From NCBI GenBank assembly GCA_963785725.1, contig CAWAWS010000007.1, forward strand, positions 128,001 to 192,000: a stretch of DNA of 64,000 nt. Reading direction: 5' to 3'. The translations under genes and the position numbers were made by a program. Shown here piece by piece: positions 31,132-44,457 of the stretch. The stretch comes from an uncultured delta proteobacterium. GTDB taxonomy: Bacteria; Myxococcota_A; Polyangia; Palsa-1104. The notes under the pieces were generated by a model that was not told the origin of the DNA, ran no database searches, and saw nothing but the letters and a program-made list of their open reading frames with translations. The number at the start of each line of letters is the position of its first letter. The first letter of the stretch is position 1.

Positions 31132-33209
31132 CGAAGGCCAAACGAGAGCACACCGGCGAGACCAAGCGCACGCTGACGCCCGGTCGTGGCGTGCCGACGA
31201 CGCCGTTCGCGCCGTCGCGTTGGGTGCAGATTCGCCTCTACTTCTGCGCCGGTCTGGTCGTGTGCGGCTTCGGCGGGCTCTGTTATCGCGCCTATGTGCT
31301 GCAGGTGCGCGAGTCCGATCATCTGAAGCAGATGGCGGAAGATCAGTATTTGAAGGACGTCGAGCTGCCGCCGAAACGTGGGCGCATCCTCGATCGGCAC
31401 GGCGCGGAGTTGGCGGCGTCGGCGGAGGTCGAGTCGGTGCACGCCAACGCGCGCATGCTCATCGCCGGCGATCACGTTAGCGACACGGCGCGGCAGCTGG
31501 CCGACGCGCTGCACCTCGATCGCCGCGAGCTGGAGAAGAAGCTGCGCGCGCGCCGCTATTTCACGTGGGTGAAGCGACGCGTGCCGCCCGAGGAGTCGCG
31601 GCTCGTGCGCGAGCTGGCGCTGCCCGGCATCTACCTCGACAAGGAGCCGCGCCGCTATTATCCGAACCGCGGGCTGGCCGGTCCGCTGCTCGGTTGGGCC
31701 GGCCTCGACGCGGTCGGACAAGAGGGCATCGAGCTGCAGTACGAGCGCTGGCTGCGCGGCGCGCGGGCGACGCTGCCGGGCTTGCGGGACGCGCTCGGGC
31801 GGGCGCTGCTCGTCGAAGGCGCGACCGACGCCGGCGACGTCGCCGGTCACGACTTGTACACGACGATCGATCGCTACATTCAGTTTCGCCTCGAGCGCGC
31901 GCTGGAGAAGGGCGTGCAGCAGCATCACGCCAAAGCGGGCATCGCGGTGGCGCTCGATCCGAACAACGGCGAGATCTTGGCGATGGCGGCGGTGCCGTCG
32001 CTGAATCCGAACGAGCCCGACGGCGCACGCGAACGCGGCGCGCGCAATCGCGCCGTGACCGATCCGTTCGAGCCGGGCTCGACGATGAAGACGTTCTCGA
32101 TCGCGGGCGCGTTGGAAGCCGGCGCCATCAAGGTCGACGAGGATTGGTTCTGCGAGAACGGGCATTGGCAGATCGGTGGGCGCACCATCCACGACGCCGA
32201 GCCGATCGGCGCGGTGACGACGACGGGCGTGTTGGCGAAGTCGTCGAACGTGTGCGCGGCCAAGATCGCGATGCGCGAAGGGCGCGAGAAGCTGCGCGAA
32301 ATACTGCTGCGCTTCGGCTTTGGGCGGCCGACGGGCGTCGACTTGCCGGGCGAGCGCGCGGGGCAGATTCGCAGCCTCGAGCACATGGGTCCGGTCGAGA
32401 CGGCGACGATGGCGTTCGGGCAGGGGTTGACGGCGACGCCGCTGCAAGTGGCGGCGGCTTACGCGGCGGTGGCGAACGGCGGCACGCTGTACAAGCCGCA
32501 CGTCATGCGTCGCATCCTCGGGCTCGACGGGCAGGTGGCGGCGGAGGCGAAGGTCGAAGGCAAGCGCGTCGTCGCGCAGCCGCTCGCGGAGACGATGCGC
32601 ACGATGCTGCACGCCGTGACGTTGAAGGGCGGAACGGCGCAAAAGCTGGCGGTGCCGGGCTATTTGTTCGCGGGGAAAACCGGGACGGCGCAGAAGGTCG
32701 ACCCGGTGACGCGCCACTATTCGGCGGACCACTGGGTGGCGTCGTTCGCGGGCTTCGCGCCGCTGAAAGATCCGCGGCTGGTGCTGCTCGTCATCATCGA
32801 TGAGCCGTTCGGCTCGCATCATGGCTCCGACGTCGCCGGTCCGATTTGGCAGGACGTGATGGTCGACTCCTTGCGTTGGCTGGGCGTGCCGCCGACCGAG
32901 CCGATGTTGACGGCCGATGCCGACAAGCCGTCGCCGAAGGTCAAGGCGCCGGTGACGCCGACCGTCGACGAGGCTGATGACGCCGGCAACGAGCCCGAGC
33001 CGGTGGTCTCCGACGACGGTGACGGTCGTGCGCGGCCCGAGGTGCCCGATTTCGCGGGCATGAGCATGGCCGAAGCGCTGGTCGCGGCGCGCAAGGTGGG
33101 GCTGCGGCTGGAGGTTGCAGGCACCGGTCGCGCCAGCGCGCAGTCGCCGGGACCGGGCGCGGCGCGGCGCGGCGCGATCTGCAAGGTCTCGTTTACACCG
33201 CCCGGCTGA
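31128..33209 (+). CDS. ftsI: Class B penicillin-binding protein with PASTA domain
   Basis: RGRILDR, EPGSTMK, SSN, KTGT, VPDFAGMS. Confidence 0.94.
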   Translation: MTKAKREHTGETKRTLTPGRGVPTTPFAPSRWVQIRLYFCAGLVVCGFGGLCYRAYVLQVRESDHLKQMAEDQYLKDVELPPKRGRILDRHGAELAASAEVESVHANARMLIAGDHVSDTARQLADALHLDRRELEKKLRARRYFTWVKRRVPPEESRLVRELALPGIYLDKEPRRYYPNRGLAGPLLGWAGLDAVGQEGIELQYERWLRGARATLPGLRDALGRALLVEGATDAGDVAGHDLYTTIDRYIQFRLERALEKGVQQHHAKAGIAVALDPNNGEILAMAAVPSLNPNEPDGARERGARNRAVTDPFEPGSTMKTFSIAGALEAGAIKVDEDWFCENGHWQIGGRTIHDAEPIGAVTTTGVLAKSSNVCAAKIAMREGREKLREILLRFGFGRPTGVDLPGERAGQIRSLEHMGPVETATMAFGQGLTATPLQVAAAYAAVANGGTLYKPHVMRRILGLDGQVAAEAKVEGKRVVAQPLAETMRTMLHAVTLKGGTAQKLAVPGYLFAGKTGTAQKVDPVTRHYSADHWVASFAGFAPLKDPRLVLLVIIDEPFGSHHGSDVAGPIWQDVMVDSLRWLGVPPTEPMLTADADKPSPKVKAPVTPTVDEADDAGNEPEPVVSDDGDGRARPEVPDFAGMSMAEALVAARKVGLRLEVAGTGRASAQSPGPGAARRGAICKVSFTPPG

Positions 33210-33315
33210 GGTTGTACGTGTACGCCATGACGCGCTCGGGCGTGGACGAAGCGACTCGGAACGACGGAACCGCGGCCAGTTACCGCCGGCCGGAAGCTTG
33301 CAGCTGGAGCGGAAC

Positions 33316-34797
<1,482 letters not shown>

Positions 34798-34802
34798 GGT
34801 CC

Positions 34803-36242
34803 ATGGCCGCGCCGGCAATCCCACTTTCGCGACTGCTCGAGTCGACTGGCGGTTCGCTCACCGGCGGCGCAGCGGATGCGTTCGCCGGCGCCGGCATCGA
34901 CAGCCGCGCCGTCAAGCCGGGCATGCTCTTCTTCGCCGTCAAAGGCGATCGCTTCGACGGGCACGACTTCGCGGCGCAGGCGGTGCGCGACGGCGCGCGC
35001 GGCGTCGTCGTGGCGCGCGGTCGCGGCGCGGCGCTCGACGTGGGCGATGCCGCCGTCGTCGAGGTCGACGATCCGATCGCCGCGCTCGGCGCGTTGGCGC
35101 GCGCGCATCGGCTGGCGCAGCGTGACTTGCGCGTCGTCGCGGTCACCGGATCGAACGGCAAGACGACGACTAAGGAGATCTTGGGCGCAATCTTGTCGTC
35201 ATCGGCGGGCGACGACGCGGTGCTGAAGACCGAAGGCAACCTGAATAATCATTTGGGCGTGCCGCTGACGCTGTTGCGGTTGAGCGCGCAGCATCGCTTT
35301 GCCGTCGTCGAGATGGGCATGTCGGGCTTGGGTGAGATCGCGTATCTGACGGAGCTGGCGCGGCCGGATGTCGCGGTCATCACCAACATCGCCGGCGTGC
35401 ACTTGGAGCAGCTCGGCAGCCTCGAGAACGTCGCGCGCGCCAAGGCGGAGATCTTCGGCGGTCTCGGCGAGCGCGGCATCGGCGTCTATCCGGCGAAGGA
35501 GCTGCTGTTGACGCCGCTCGTGACGTTGCCGGCGGCGCGGCGACGCACGTTCGGGCCCGGCGGCGGCGGCGCGACGGTGACCTACGACGACGTGCACGTC
35601 GGACCGAAGGGGCTGACGCTGAAGCTGCGCATCGAGAGCGCGGCGGCGGTGCTCGAGCTGGCGGCGCGGCTGCCGCTCATCGGCCGGCACAACGCGTCGA
35701 ACGCGGCGGCGGCGGTGGCGGCGTCGCTGGCGCTCGGCATCGGCGAAGGCGCGATCCTCGACGGTCTGGCGCATGCCAAGCCGGCCAAACATCGCGCCCA
35801 GCTCGTCGCCGTCGCCGGCGATCGAACCGTGCTCGACGACTGCTACAACGCGGCGCCACCGTCGATGAAGGCGGCGCTCGACGCGCTCGTCGAGATTACG
35901 CCGGCGGGCGCACAGAAGATCGCGGTGCTCGGCGACATGCTCGAATTGGGCACCGATTCCGCGAAGCTGCATGCCGAAATCGGCGCTTATGCGGCGACGC
36001 GCGTCGATCTGCTGATCGCGATCGGCCCGAACGCGCGCGCCATCGACGAAGCCGCGCGGCCGACGCTGGGCGCGCGCGCCTGGCACACCGACGATCCGCT
36101 GGCGGCGGCGGCGCGCGTGCGCGAGCTGTCGCGCGCCGGCGACGTCATCCTCGTCAAGGCGTCGCGCGGCATGCGCCTCGAGCGCGTCATCGACGCATTG
36201 ACCGGGACATTGACCGACTTGGCGAAGCCGGAGGCGCACTAA
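34803..36242 (+). CDS. murF: UDP-MurNAc-tripeptide D-Ala-D-Ala ligase
   Basis: TGSNGKTTTKE, NNHLGVP, DCYNA, GDMLELG, KASRG. Confidence 0.95.
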   Translation: MAAPAIPLSRLLESTGGSLTGGAADAFAGAGIDSRAVKPGMLFFAVKGDRFDGHDFAAQAVRDGARGVVVARGRGAALDVGDAAVVEVDDPIAALGALARAHRLAQRDLRVVAVTGSNGKTTTKEILGAILSSSAGDDAVLKTEGNLNNHLGVPLTLLRLSAQHRFAVVEMGMSGLGEIAYLTELARPDVAVITNIAGVHLEQLGSLENVARAKAEIFGGLGERGIGVYPAKELLLTPLVTLPAARRRTFGPGGGGATVTYDDVHVGPKGLTLKLRIESAAAVLELAARLPLIGRHNASNAAAAVAASLALGIGEGAILDGLAHAKPAKHRAQLVAVAGDRTVLDDCYNAAPPSMKAALDALVEITPAGAQKIAVLGDMLELGTDSAKLHAEIGAYAATRVDLLIAIGPNARAIDEAARPTLGARAWHTDDPLAAAARVRELSRAGDVILVKASRGMRLERVIDALTGTLTDLAKPEAH

Positions 36243-36245
36243 CAC

Positions 36246-37358
36246 ATGCTGTACCACCTGCTCTATCCGCTGCACGTGCACGCCGGGCTGCACGGGCTCA
36301 ACGTGCTGCGCTATGTCTCGACCCGCATCATCGCCGCGACGCTGACGGCGATGGCGATCTCGTTCTTGATGGGCCCGTGGTTCATCAATCGGCTGCGCTC
36401 GAAGCAGATCGGCGAGCAGATCCGCACCGACGGGCCGCAGACGCACAAGAAGAAGGCGGGCACGCCGACGATGGGCGGCTCGCTCATCCTGTTCGCGCTC
36501 GTGATCCCGACGCTCTTGTGGTGCGATCTGACCGACCGCTTCATCTGGCTGACGCTGCTCGTGACGATCGGCTACGGCATCGTCGGGTTCGTCGACGACT
36601 ACCGCAAGCTGACGCGCAGCAAGAAGGGCATTTCGGGACGCTCGAAGCTGGCGGCACAGCTGATCATCGCCGCCGTCGCCGTGCTCTATCTGTTCTATTC
36701 CGACTGCTACGATCCCGACTTGAAGCTGCGCTTGGCGCTGCCGCTCGTCGACTTCTACAAGCATCCGATGTCGCTGTGGCTGCCGGTGTACATCGTGTTC
36801 GCCATCACCGTCATCGTCGGCGCGTCCAACGGCGTCAACATGACCGACGGCCTCGACGGCTTGGCGATCGGCCCCGTCATCATCTCCGCCGGCACGTTCT
36901 TGATCCTCGCGTACGGCGCCGGCACCGTCATCAAAGGCTTCAATGTCGCCGAGTATTTGAAGATCCCGTACATCCACGGCTCGGGCGAGCTGGCGATCTT
37001 CTGCGGTGCGATGGCCGGCGCCGGCATCGGCTTTTTGTGGTTCAACACCTATCCCGCGGCCGTGTTCATGGGCGACGTCGGCTCGCTGTCGCTCGGCGGC
37101 GCGCTCGGCATGCTGGCGGTGCTGACGAAGAACGAGATGACGCTGGTGGTCGTCGGCGGCATCTTCGTCGTCGAGACGTTGAGCGTGATGGTGCAGGTGA
37201 CGAGCTTCAAGCTCACCGGTAAACGCGTGTTCAAGATGGCGCCGATCCATCATCACTTCGAGCTCAAGGGCTGGGCCGAGCCGAAGGTGATCGTGCGCTT
37301 CTGGATCATCAGCTTCATGCTGGCGTTGATCGCGCTGGCGACGCTGAAGGTCAGGTAG
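36246..37358 (+). CDS. mraY: Phospho-MurNAc-pentapeptide transferase
   Basis: [30 protein letters not shown]. Confidence 0.97.
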   Translation: MLYHLLYPLHVHAGLHGLNVLRYVSTRIIAATLTAMAISFLMGPWFINRLRSKQIGEQIRTDGPQTHKKKAGTPTMGGSLILFALVIPTLLWCDLTDRFIWLTLLVTIGYGIVGFVDDYRKLTRSKKGISGRSKLAAQLIIAAVAVLYLFYSDCYDPDLKLRLALPLVDFYKHPMSLWLPVYIVFAITVIVGASNGVNMTDGLDGLAIGPVIISAGTFLILAYGAGTVIKGFNVAEYLKIPYIHGSGELAIFCGAMAGAGIGFLWFNTYPAAVFMGDVGSLSLGGALGMLAVLTKNEMTLVVVGGIFVVETLSVMVQVTSFKLTGKRVFKMAPIHHHFELKGWAEPKVIVRFWIISFMLALIALATLKVR

Positions 37359-37361
37359 ATC

Positions 37362-38720
37362 GTGGATTATGATGTCGTCGCGGGCGTTGGGCCCAATCGC
37401 GTGCTCGTCGTGGGCGCGGGCAAGACGGGCTTGGCCGTGGCGCGCTTTTGCGCCGATCGCGGCGCGACCGTGACCGTGACCGACCTGCGCAGCGGCGCCG
37501 AATTGCACGACGCGCGCCTGCAGCTCGGCGAGCGCGTGACGTGGGAGCTCGGGCGGCACATGCAGCAGTCGTTCCTCGACGCCGACTTGATCGTCGTGTC
37601 GCCGGGCGTCCCCGACATCAAGCCGCTGCAGGTCGCGCGCAAAAAGGGCGTGCGCATCACCGGCGAGATCGAGCTGGCGGCGCAGTTCATTCGCGCGCCG
37701 ATCATCGGCATCACCGGCACCAACGGCAAGTCGACGGTGACGGCGCTGACGGGCGAGATGGCGCGCCAGAGCGGCAAGCCGACGTTCGTCGGCGGCAACT
37801 TGGGCACGCCGCTCATCGGCTGCGTCGACACGCCGGCGTCGGCCGCGAATGGGCTCGTGGTCGTGGAGCTGTCGAGCTTTCAGCTGGAGACGGCGGAGCG
37901 GCTGCATCCGCGAGCGGCGGCGTTCCTGAATCTGACGCCCGATCATCTCGATCGCTATCCGTCGGTGGCCGAATATGGCGCGGCCAAGCTGCGACTGGCG
38001 CGCAATTTGGCCGGCGACGACGTCATGGTCGTCAACGCCGACGACGAATTCTTCGCGGCCGCGGGCGCGCGTTATCGCGGCCACGCGCGCGTGCTGACGT
38101 TCTCGACGCGCACGCAAAACGCCGACGGCTACATTGATGACAACCAATTGGTTGCGCTCGGGCAGCGTTATCCGATCGGCGAGCTCAACCTCATCGGGCG
38201 GCACAACCTCGGCAACGTGCTGGCGGCGATCTTGTTGACGCGCGGCAATGGGCTGGTCGCCGACGAGGCGGTGCGCGCGGCGCTGCGGACGTTTCAGCCG
38301 CTGCCGCATCGCATGCAGCTCGTCGGGAACAAGCGGCAGCTGCGCTTTTACGACGACTCGAAGGCGACCAACGTCGACAGCGTCGTCGCCGGCGTCGACG
38401 GGTTTCCGACGCCTTTCGTGCTCATCGCCGGCGGGCGCGACAAAGGCGGCTCCTATGCGCCGCTCGTCGCCGCGTTGGCCGCCGGAAAATGCCGCGGCGT
38501 CGTCGTCATCGGCGAAGCCTCCGACAAGATCGCCGCTGCCGTCGGTGACGCGCTGCCGGTGCTGCGCGCGTCGACGCTGGAAGACGCCGTCGCCGGCGCG
38601 GTCGGGCGCGCGCAGCCGGGCGACGCCGTCGTCTTGTCGCCGGCGTGCAGCTCCTACGACATGTTCGACAACTACGAGCATCGCGGCCGCGCGTTCGTCG
38701 CGGCAGTGGAGGCGCTATGA
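37362..38720 (+). CDS. murD: UDP-MurNAc-L-Ala:D-Glu ligase
   Basis: TGTNGKST, ELSSFQL, DSKATN, SPACSSYD. Confidence 0.95.
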   Translation: MDYDVVAGVGPNRVLVVGAGKTGLAVARFCADRGATVTVTDLRSGAELHDARLQLGERVTWELGRHMQQSFLDADLIVVSPGVPDIKPLQVARKKGVRITGEIELAAQFIRAPIIGITGTNGKSTVTALTGEMARQSGKPTFVGGNLGTPLIGCVDTPASAANGLVVVELSSFQLETAERLHPRAAAFLNLTPDHLDRYPSVAEYGAAKLRLARNLAGDDVMVVNADDEFFAAAGARYRGHARVLTFSTRTQNADGYIDDNQLVALGQRYPIGELNLIGRHNLGNVLAAILLTRGNGLVADEAVRAALRTFQPLPHRMQLVGNKRQLRFYDDSKATNVDSVVAGVDGFPTPFVLIAGGRDKGGSYAPLVAALAAGKCRGVVVIGEASDKIAAAVGDALPVLRASTLEDAVAGAVGRAQPGDAVVLSPACSSYDMFDNYEHRGRAFVAAVEAL

Positions 38721-40064
38721 CGACGAGAGAGGCGACCGCGCGCGTCGACACGCAGCTCAAGCCGCCCATCGACGCGCCGCTGCCGACGACCAAGACCTAC
38801 GAGCCCGACATCGTGCTCTTGGCGGCGGTGCTGGCGCTGGTCGGCTTCGGCGTCGTCATGGTCTATTCGGCCTCGGCCGTCTACGCGACGCAGAAGTTCG
38901 GCAGCGCCACCTACTTCTTCAAGCGCGACCTCTTGTGGGCCAGCGTCGGCTTGACGGCGATGGCCATCGGCATGCGCGTCGACTTCGGCGCCTATCGTCG
39001 CTGGTCGTACGCGATGCTGATCGCGTCCATCGGCATGCTCGGCGCCGTGCTCGTCGTCGGCGCGCGCATCAACGGCGCGCGGCGCTGGTTCCACGTCGGC
39101 GGCGTCGAGCTTCCAGCCGGCCGAGCTGGCGAAGCTGGCGCTCGTCATCTACCTGGCCTATTCGCTGGCGAAGAAGGCGGAGAAGGTCAAGTCGTTCACG
39201 GTCGGCTTCGTGCCGCACATGATCGTCTGCGGCGTCATGATGGGGCTGCTCCTGAAGCAGCCGGATCTCGGCACCGCCGTGATCTTGGGCCTGACGACGA
39301 TCATCCTGCTCTTCGTCGCCGGCGCCAAAGTCAGCTACATCTGCATCGCGTTCTTGGGCGCGGCGCCGATTCTGTATCAAGCGATCGTCGGCACGCCCTG
39401 GCGTTTGCGGCGCATGCTCGCCTATCTCGATCCTTGGCAATACCGCTACGACGTCGGCTATCAGATCACCGAGTCGCTGATCTCGGTCGGCTCGGGCGGC
39501 CTCTCCGGCCTCGGTCTCGGCGACGGCAAGCAGAAGCTGTTCTTCTTGCCCGAGGCGCACACCGACTACGTCATGGCCATCGTCGGCGAAGAGCTGGGCC
39601 TGTTCGGCATCTGCGCCGTCGCCGCCTTGTTCGGCGTGCTCATCTGGCGCGGCGCGCGGGCCGCCTTGCGTGCGCGTGACGCGTTCGGCTGCTACCTCGG
39701 CTTCGGCATCACGACGATGTTCGGCTTGCAGGGCCTCGTCAACATCGGCGTCGTCCTCGGCGCGCTGCCGACGAAGGGCTTGCCGCTGCCGTTCGTCAGC
39801 TTCGGCGGCTCGACGCTCGTCGTCGACCTGTTCGCGATGGGCATCCTCTTGAATATTTCGCGTGCGGCGCCCGAGCCGGCCGGGGCGCGCGGTCGCGTCG
39901 CCTGGCTGCCGCGCATCAAGTGGCGCGCGGCCAAGGGCAACCGCCGACTTCCCGGCGGCGGCAAGCGCGTCACCGTCGAGACGCGCGTGCCCGCCGTCGT
40001 CGACGCCGAGGCCTTCGATGCGCCCGCAGGGCAGGGTTTCGCCGCGGGTCGCGGCGAGGCTTAG
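38717..40064 (+). CDS. ftsW: SEDS peptidoglycan polymerase FtsW; one +1 frameshift at ~39107
   Basis: MVYSAS, NGARRW, QPDLGT, LPEAHTD, PFVSFGGS. Confidence 0.93.
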
Positions 40065-40068
40065 TGTC

Positions 40069-41145
40069 ATGCGCGTCTTGATCGCCGGCGGCGGCACGGG
40101 CGGCCACCTCTTTCCCGGCCTGGCCGTCGCCGAGGAATTACGCGCGCGCGGTCACGACGTTCGCTTCGTCGGCACGCAAAAGGGCATCGAAGCGCGCGCC
40201 GTTCCCGCCGCCGACTACCCGATCGACTTCATCGACATCGCCGGCATCAAGCGCAACGGCTGGAAAGCGGCCTTGCGTGGCCTGTACGCCGTGCCGCGCG
40301 CGATGGGCCAATCGGGCGCCATCCTGCGCGCGCATCGTCCCGACGTCGTCGTCGGCGTCGGCGGTTACGCGTCGGGCCCGATGGTGTTGACGGCGGCGCT
40401 GAGCGGCCGTCCGACGGCGATCTTGGAGCAGAACTCGATCCCCGGCTTCACCAATCGCACGCTCGGCCGCTTCGCCAAGACGACGTTCGGCGCCTTCGAG
40501 ACCGCGCGCGCGTCGTTCCCGAAGCAGCGCTATCGGCTCGTCGGCAATCCGGTGCGCAAGCGCGTCCGCGACGTGTTGGCGCACGCGCACGGCAACGGCG
40601 ACGCCGGCTCCGTCCTGGTCGTCGGCGGCTCGCAGGGCGCGCATGCCGTCAACGAGCTGGTGCTGGGCGCCATGCTCGAGCTGAAGCGACAAGGCGTGGC
40701 GCCGAAGCTGCTGCATCAGTCGGGTGAAAAAGATCGCGCCGAGCTGGCCCGTCGCTATGCCGAGGCCGGTGTGGCCGTAGACGTTCGCGCGTTCATCGAC
40801 GACATGGGCGCCGCCTATCGCGACGCGGCGGTCGTCATCGCGCGCGCCGGCGCGTCGACGCTGGCGGAGCTGACGCTCATCGGCAAGCCGGCGCTCCTCA
40901 TTCCGCTGCCGACAGCGGCCGACGATCACCAGACCGTCAACGCGCGCGAGCTGGCCGACGCCGGCGCCGCGCAGCTCCTGCCGCAGGCGACGACGACGGC
41001 GCCGTCGCTGGCCGCGACGTTGCGCGCGCTCCTCGACGACGAAGTGGGCCGCGATCGCATGAAGCAGGCGTCGCTGGCGCTGGCCCATCCGCACGCGCAC
41101 GAAGAGATCGCAGACGCGCTAGAGTCGTTGGCCCATGTTTCATAA
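40069..41145 (+). CDS. murG: Lipid I GlcNAc transferase
   Basis: GGGTGGH, GGYASGP, GNPVR, GGSQGA, DHQTVNA. Confidence 0.95.
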   Translation: MRVLIAGGGTGGHLFPGLAVAEELRARGHDVRFVGTQKGIEARAVPAADYPIDFIDIAGIKRNGWKAALRGLYAVPRAMGQSGAILRAHRPDVVVGVGGYASGPMVLTAALSGRPTAILEQNSIPGFTNRTLGRFAKTTFGAFETARASFPKQRYRLVGNPVRKRVRDVLAHAHGNGDAGSVLVVGGSQGAHAVNELVLGAMLELKRQGVAPKLLHQSGEKDRAELARRYAEAGVAVDVRAFIDDMGAAYRDAAVVIARAGASTLAELTLIGKPALLIPLPTAADDHQTVNARELADAGAAQLLPQATTTAPSLAATLRALLDDEVGRDRMKQASLALAHPHAHEEIADALESLAHVS

Positions 41146-42514
41146 ACCCGGCACGCGCATTCACTTCGTCGGCATCGGCGGCATCGGCATGTCCGGCATC
41201 GCCGAGGTGCTCCTCAACCTCGGTTACGCCGTCAGCGGCACCGACCTGAAGGAGTCGGACACGACGCGCCGGCTCGTCGAGCTCGGCGCGCACGATCGCG
41301 CTCGGCCACGACGCCGAGCACGTCGGCGACGCCGACGTCGTCGTCATCTCGAGCGCGGTGCAAAGCGACAACCCCGAGGTCGCGACGGCGCGGCGGCGCG
41401 GCATTCCCGTCATTCCGCGCGCCGAGATGCTCGCCGAGCTGATGCGCATGAAGTACGGCATCGCCGTCGCCGGCTCGCACGGCAAGACGACGACGACCTC
41501 GCTCGTCGCCACGGTGCTTGCATCAGGCCGGGCTCGATCCGACGGCGGTCATCGGCGGCAAGTTGCCGTCGCTGGGCTCGAACGCGCGCCTCGGCGGCGG
41601 CGAATATCTCGTCGCCGAGGCCGACGAGTCCGACGGCTCGTTCCTGAAGCTGACGCCGACCGTCGCCGTCGTCACCAACATCGATCCCGAGCACCTCGAT
41701 CACTACGGCACGTTCGAAGATCTAAAGCGCACGTTCGTCGACTTCATCAACAAGGTGCCGTTCTACGGGCTGGGCGTCTTGTGCGTCGACCACGAGCACG
41801 TGCAGGCGATCTTGCCCGCAGGTCGAGAAGCGCCACGTCACCTACGGCTTCACGCCTTTGGCGACCTTTCGCGCCGTCGATGTGGCGTTCGACGGGCTGC
41901 GCACGCGCTTTACGGCCATCGCGCGCGGCAAGACGCTCGGTCGCGTCGAGCTGGCCATGCCGGGCCGGCACAACGTGCTTGAACGCGCTGGCGACGCTGG
42001 CCGTGGCCGATTTTCTCGGCGTCGACTTCGACGGTCTACCAGCGCGCGCTGCACGAGCTTCGCCGGCGTCGGCCGCCGCTTCACCGTGCGCGGCGAGGCC
42101 GGCGGCGTCATGGTCGTCGACGACTACGGCCACCATCCCGCCGAGATTCGCGCCACGCTCGCCGGCGCGCGCTCGGGCTTCGCCGATCGCCGCATCGTCG
42201 TCGCCTTTCAGCCGCACCGTTACACCCGCACGCGCGACCTGATGGGCGACTTCGCGCGCGCCTTCAACGAGGCCGAGCTGGTCGCCGTGTGCGACATCTA
42301 CGCCGCCGGCGAGGAGCCGATCGCCGGCGTCGACTCGGCCACGCTCGTCGAGGAGATGCGCGCCTCCGGCCACACCGGCGCCGTCCACGTCGCCAAGCGC
42401 GCCGACATCGCCGGCATGCTCGCCGCCGAGCTGCGCGAAGGTGATATTTTTATCACTTTGGGCGCCGGCGACGTGTGGATGGTCGGCGAAGAGGTCTTGA
42501 AGCGTCGTGCGTGA
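41135..42514 (+). CDS. murC: UDP-MurNAc:L-Ala ligase; five +1 frameshifts (~41291, 41517, 41818, 41978, 42033)
   Basis: [36 protein letters not shown] across frames. Confidence 0.93.
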
Positions 42515-43464
42515 ACCGCGTGCGTGATCTCGTGCGACAGCCGCTCGATGCCGACGATCGGCAAGCGCTCCTCGACGCGCTGCAAGGCGAAGGCGAGCTG
42601 CGCTTCGACGAGCCGATGGCGCGCCACACCACCTTGCGCGTCGGCGGGCCGGTCGATGTCTGGGCCGAGCCGGCGACGCTGGCTGCGCTCGGCCGCTTGC
42701 GCGCCGCTTGCGCCGCCCGCGGCGTCGCCAATCGCGCCTTCGGCTCCGGCTCGAACTTGCTCGTGCGCGACGGCGGCATCCGCGGCGTCGCCGTCAACCT
42801 GAAGCGCCTCGGCCACGTGCGCGTGCTCGGCGACGGCCAGCTCTCCGTCGACGCCGGCGCCTCCACCGGCAAGCTCTTGCGCGTCGCCACCGAGCAGTCG
42901 TTGGGCGGCCTCGAGTTCTTGGGCGGCGTGCCCGGCACCGTCGGCGGCGGCCTCATCATGAACGCCGGCACCTACTTGGGCGAATTCACCGACGTCACCC
43001 GCGAAGTGCACGTCGTGCGACCGGACGGCAGCTTGGCCACGCGCAGCCACGCCGAGTGCGGCTTCCGCTATCGCCACTCCGACATTCCGCCGTCGGAGAT
43101 CGTCGTCGGTGCGCATTTGCAGCTGAAGCCGCGACCGCGCGCCGAAATCGAAGAGGCCGTGCGCTCGCTGCGCGACCGCCGCAAGTCGCGCGAGCCCAGC
43201 GCCGTGCCCAACGCCGGCTCGACGTTCAAGAACCCGCCCAACGAGTTCGCCGGCCGGCTCATCGAAGCCTGCGGGTTGAAGGGCCAGCGCGTCGGCGGCG
43301 CCGAGGTCTCGCCGGTGCACGCCAACTGGCTCGTCAACGCCGACGGCGCGCGCGCCGCCGACCTGTTGGCGCTCATCGAGATCGTGCGCGCAGCGGTCGT
43401 AAAACAGTTCGGCATCACGCTGGAGCTCGAAGTCAAAGTCGTCGGAGAGGATCGTCTTCCATGA
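42511..43464 (+). CDS. murB: UDP-N-acetylenolpyruvoylglucosamine reductase
   Basis: GSGSN, PGTVGG, MNAG, GSTFKNP, HAN. Confidence 0.94.
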   Translation: MNRVRDLVRQPLDADDRQALLDALQGEGELRFDEPMARHTTLRVGGPVDVWAEPATLAALGRLRAACAARGVANRAFGSGSNLLVRDGGIRGVAVNLKRLGHVRVLGDGQLSVDAGASTGKLLRVATEQSLGGLEFLGGVPGTVGGGLIMNAGTYLGEFTDVTREVHVVRPDGSLATRSHAECGFRYRHSDIPPSEIVVGAHLQLKPRPRAEIEEAVRSLRDRRKSREPSAVPNAGSTFKNPPNEFAGRLIEACGLKGQRVGGAEVSPVHANWLVNADGARAADLLALIEIVRAAVVKQFGITLELEVKVVGEDRLP

Positions 43465-44378
43465 GCAAGTTCAAGGGCAAGCGAATCGGCGTCATCATGG
43501 GCGGGCCGTCGTCGGAGCGCGAGGTGTCGCTCAACTCGGGCAAAGGCATCTTCGCCGCGCTGCAGTCGAAGGGCTACGATGCCGTCGCCATCGATTGGCA
43601 GGGCGGCACCGACGATCTCGGCGTGCACTTGCGGCGCGAAAAGATCGACGTCGCCTGGATCGCGCTGCACGGCACTTACGGCGAAGACGGCTGCGTGCAA
43701 GGCCTGCTCGAATGCTACGGGATTCCGTACACGGGCTCGGGCGTGCTGGCGTCGGCGATCGCGATGGACAAGGTGGCGACGCGGCGCGTGTTCGACCAGG
43801 AGTCGATCGAGTCGCCGCGCTGGCGCCGCTATCACGGCGCGGCCGACGTGGCGCGCATCGGCTTTCCGCTCGTGGTCAAGCCGTCGTCGGAGGGGTCGTC
43901 GGTGGGCGTGGCGATCGTCAAGACGCAGGCGACGTTGCAAGCGGCGCTGGACGAGGCCAAGAAGCACCGCGGCGTGGTCCTGCTCGAGGAGTACGTCAAA
44001 GGGCGCGAGATCAACGTCGGCGTGCTCGATGACGAAGCCCTGGGCGAGGTCGAGATTCGCCCCGCGACCGAGTTCTACGACTACGAGGCCAAGTATCTGC
44101 GCAACGACACGCAATATCTGTCGCCGGCTCCCATCAGCGACGACGAGCGCCGCATGCTGCACGACTTGGCCGTGCGCGCGCACAAGGCGCTCGGCTGCTC
44201 GGGCGCGACGCGCGTCGACCTCATCCTCGTCGACGGCGGCCGCGCGGTCTGCCTCGAGATCAACACGCTGCCGGGCATGACCGACCACTCGCTGCTGCCG
44301 AAGATCGCCGCCCAGCGCAACATCGACTACGCCGCCCTCGTCGAACGCATCCTCGACACCGCCGCCTTACACGCCTAA
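43461..44378 (+). CDS. ddl: D-alanine-D-alanine ligase
   Basis: GGPSSEREVS, LHGTYGEDG, GSSVG, YDYEAKY, EINTLPG. Confidence 0.96.
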   Translation: MSKFKGKRIGVIMGGPSSEREVSLNSGKGIFAALQSKGYDAVAIDWQGGTDDLGVHLRREKIDVAWIALHGTYGEDGCVQGLLECYGIPYTGSGVLASAIAMDKVATRRVFDQESIESPRWRRYHGAADVARIGFPLVVKPSSEGSSVGVAIVKTQATLQAALDEAKKHRGVVLLEEYVKGREINVGVLDDEALGEVEIRPATEFYDYEAKYLRNDTQYLSPAPISDDERRMLHDLAVRAHKALGCSGATRVDLILVDGGRAVCLEINTLPGMTDHSLLPKIAAQRNIDYAALVERILDTAALHA

Positions 44379-44457
44379 TTCGCGTCTCCGTCGCTGGCCG
44401 CGCGTTTCTTCTGAGATTTTTTGCGCCCTCGCGCGACCACGCGTACAAGCGTAAGAC

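Noticed and set aside
35199..38681. Long antisense ORFs (1160 aa here; also 30957..33440, 19965..21986, 54513..56381)
   Set aside because: Shadow ORFs of high-GC coding sequence opposite well-supported genes, with no recognisable motifs.
41135..42514. murC, ftsW, ftsZ and ahcY as pseudogenes or programmed frameshift genes
   Set aside because: These are essential or conserved genes with intact motifs and no slippery sequences; the +1 insertions mostly match merged synonymous alleles.
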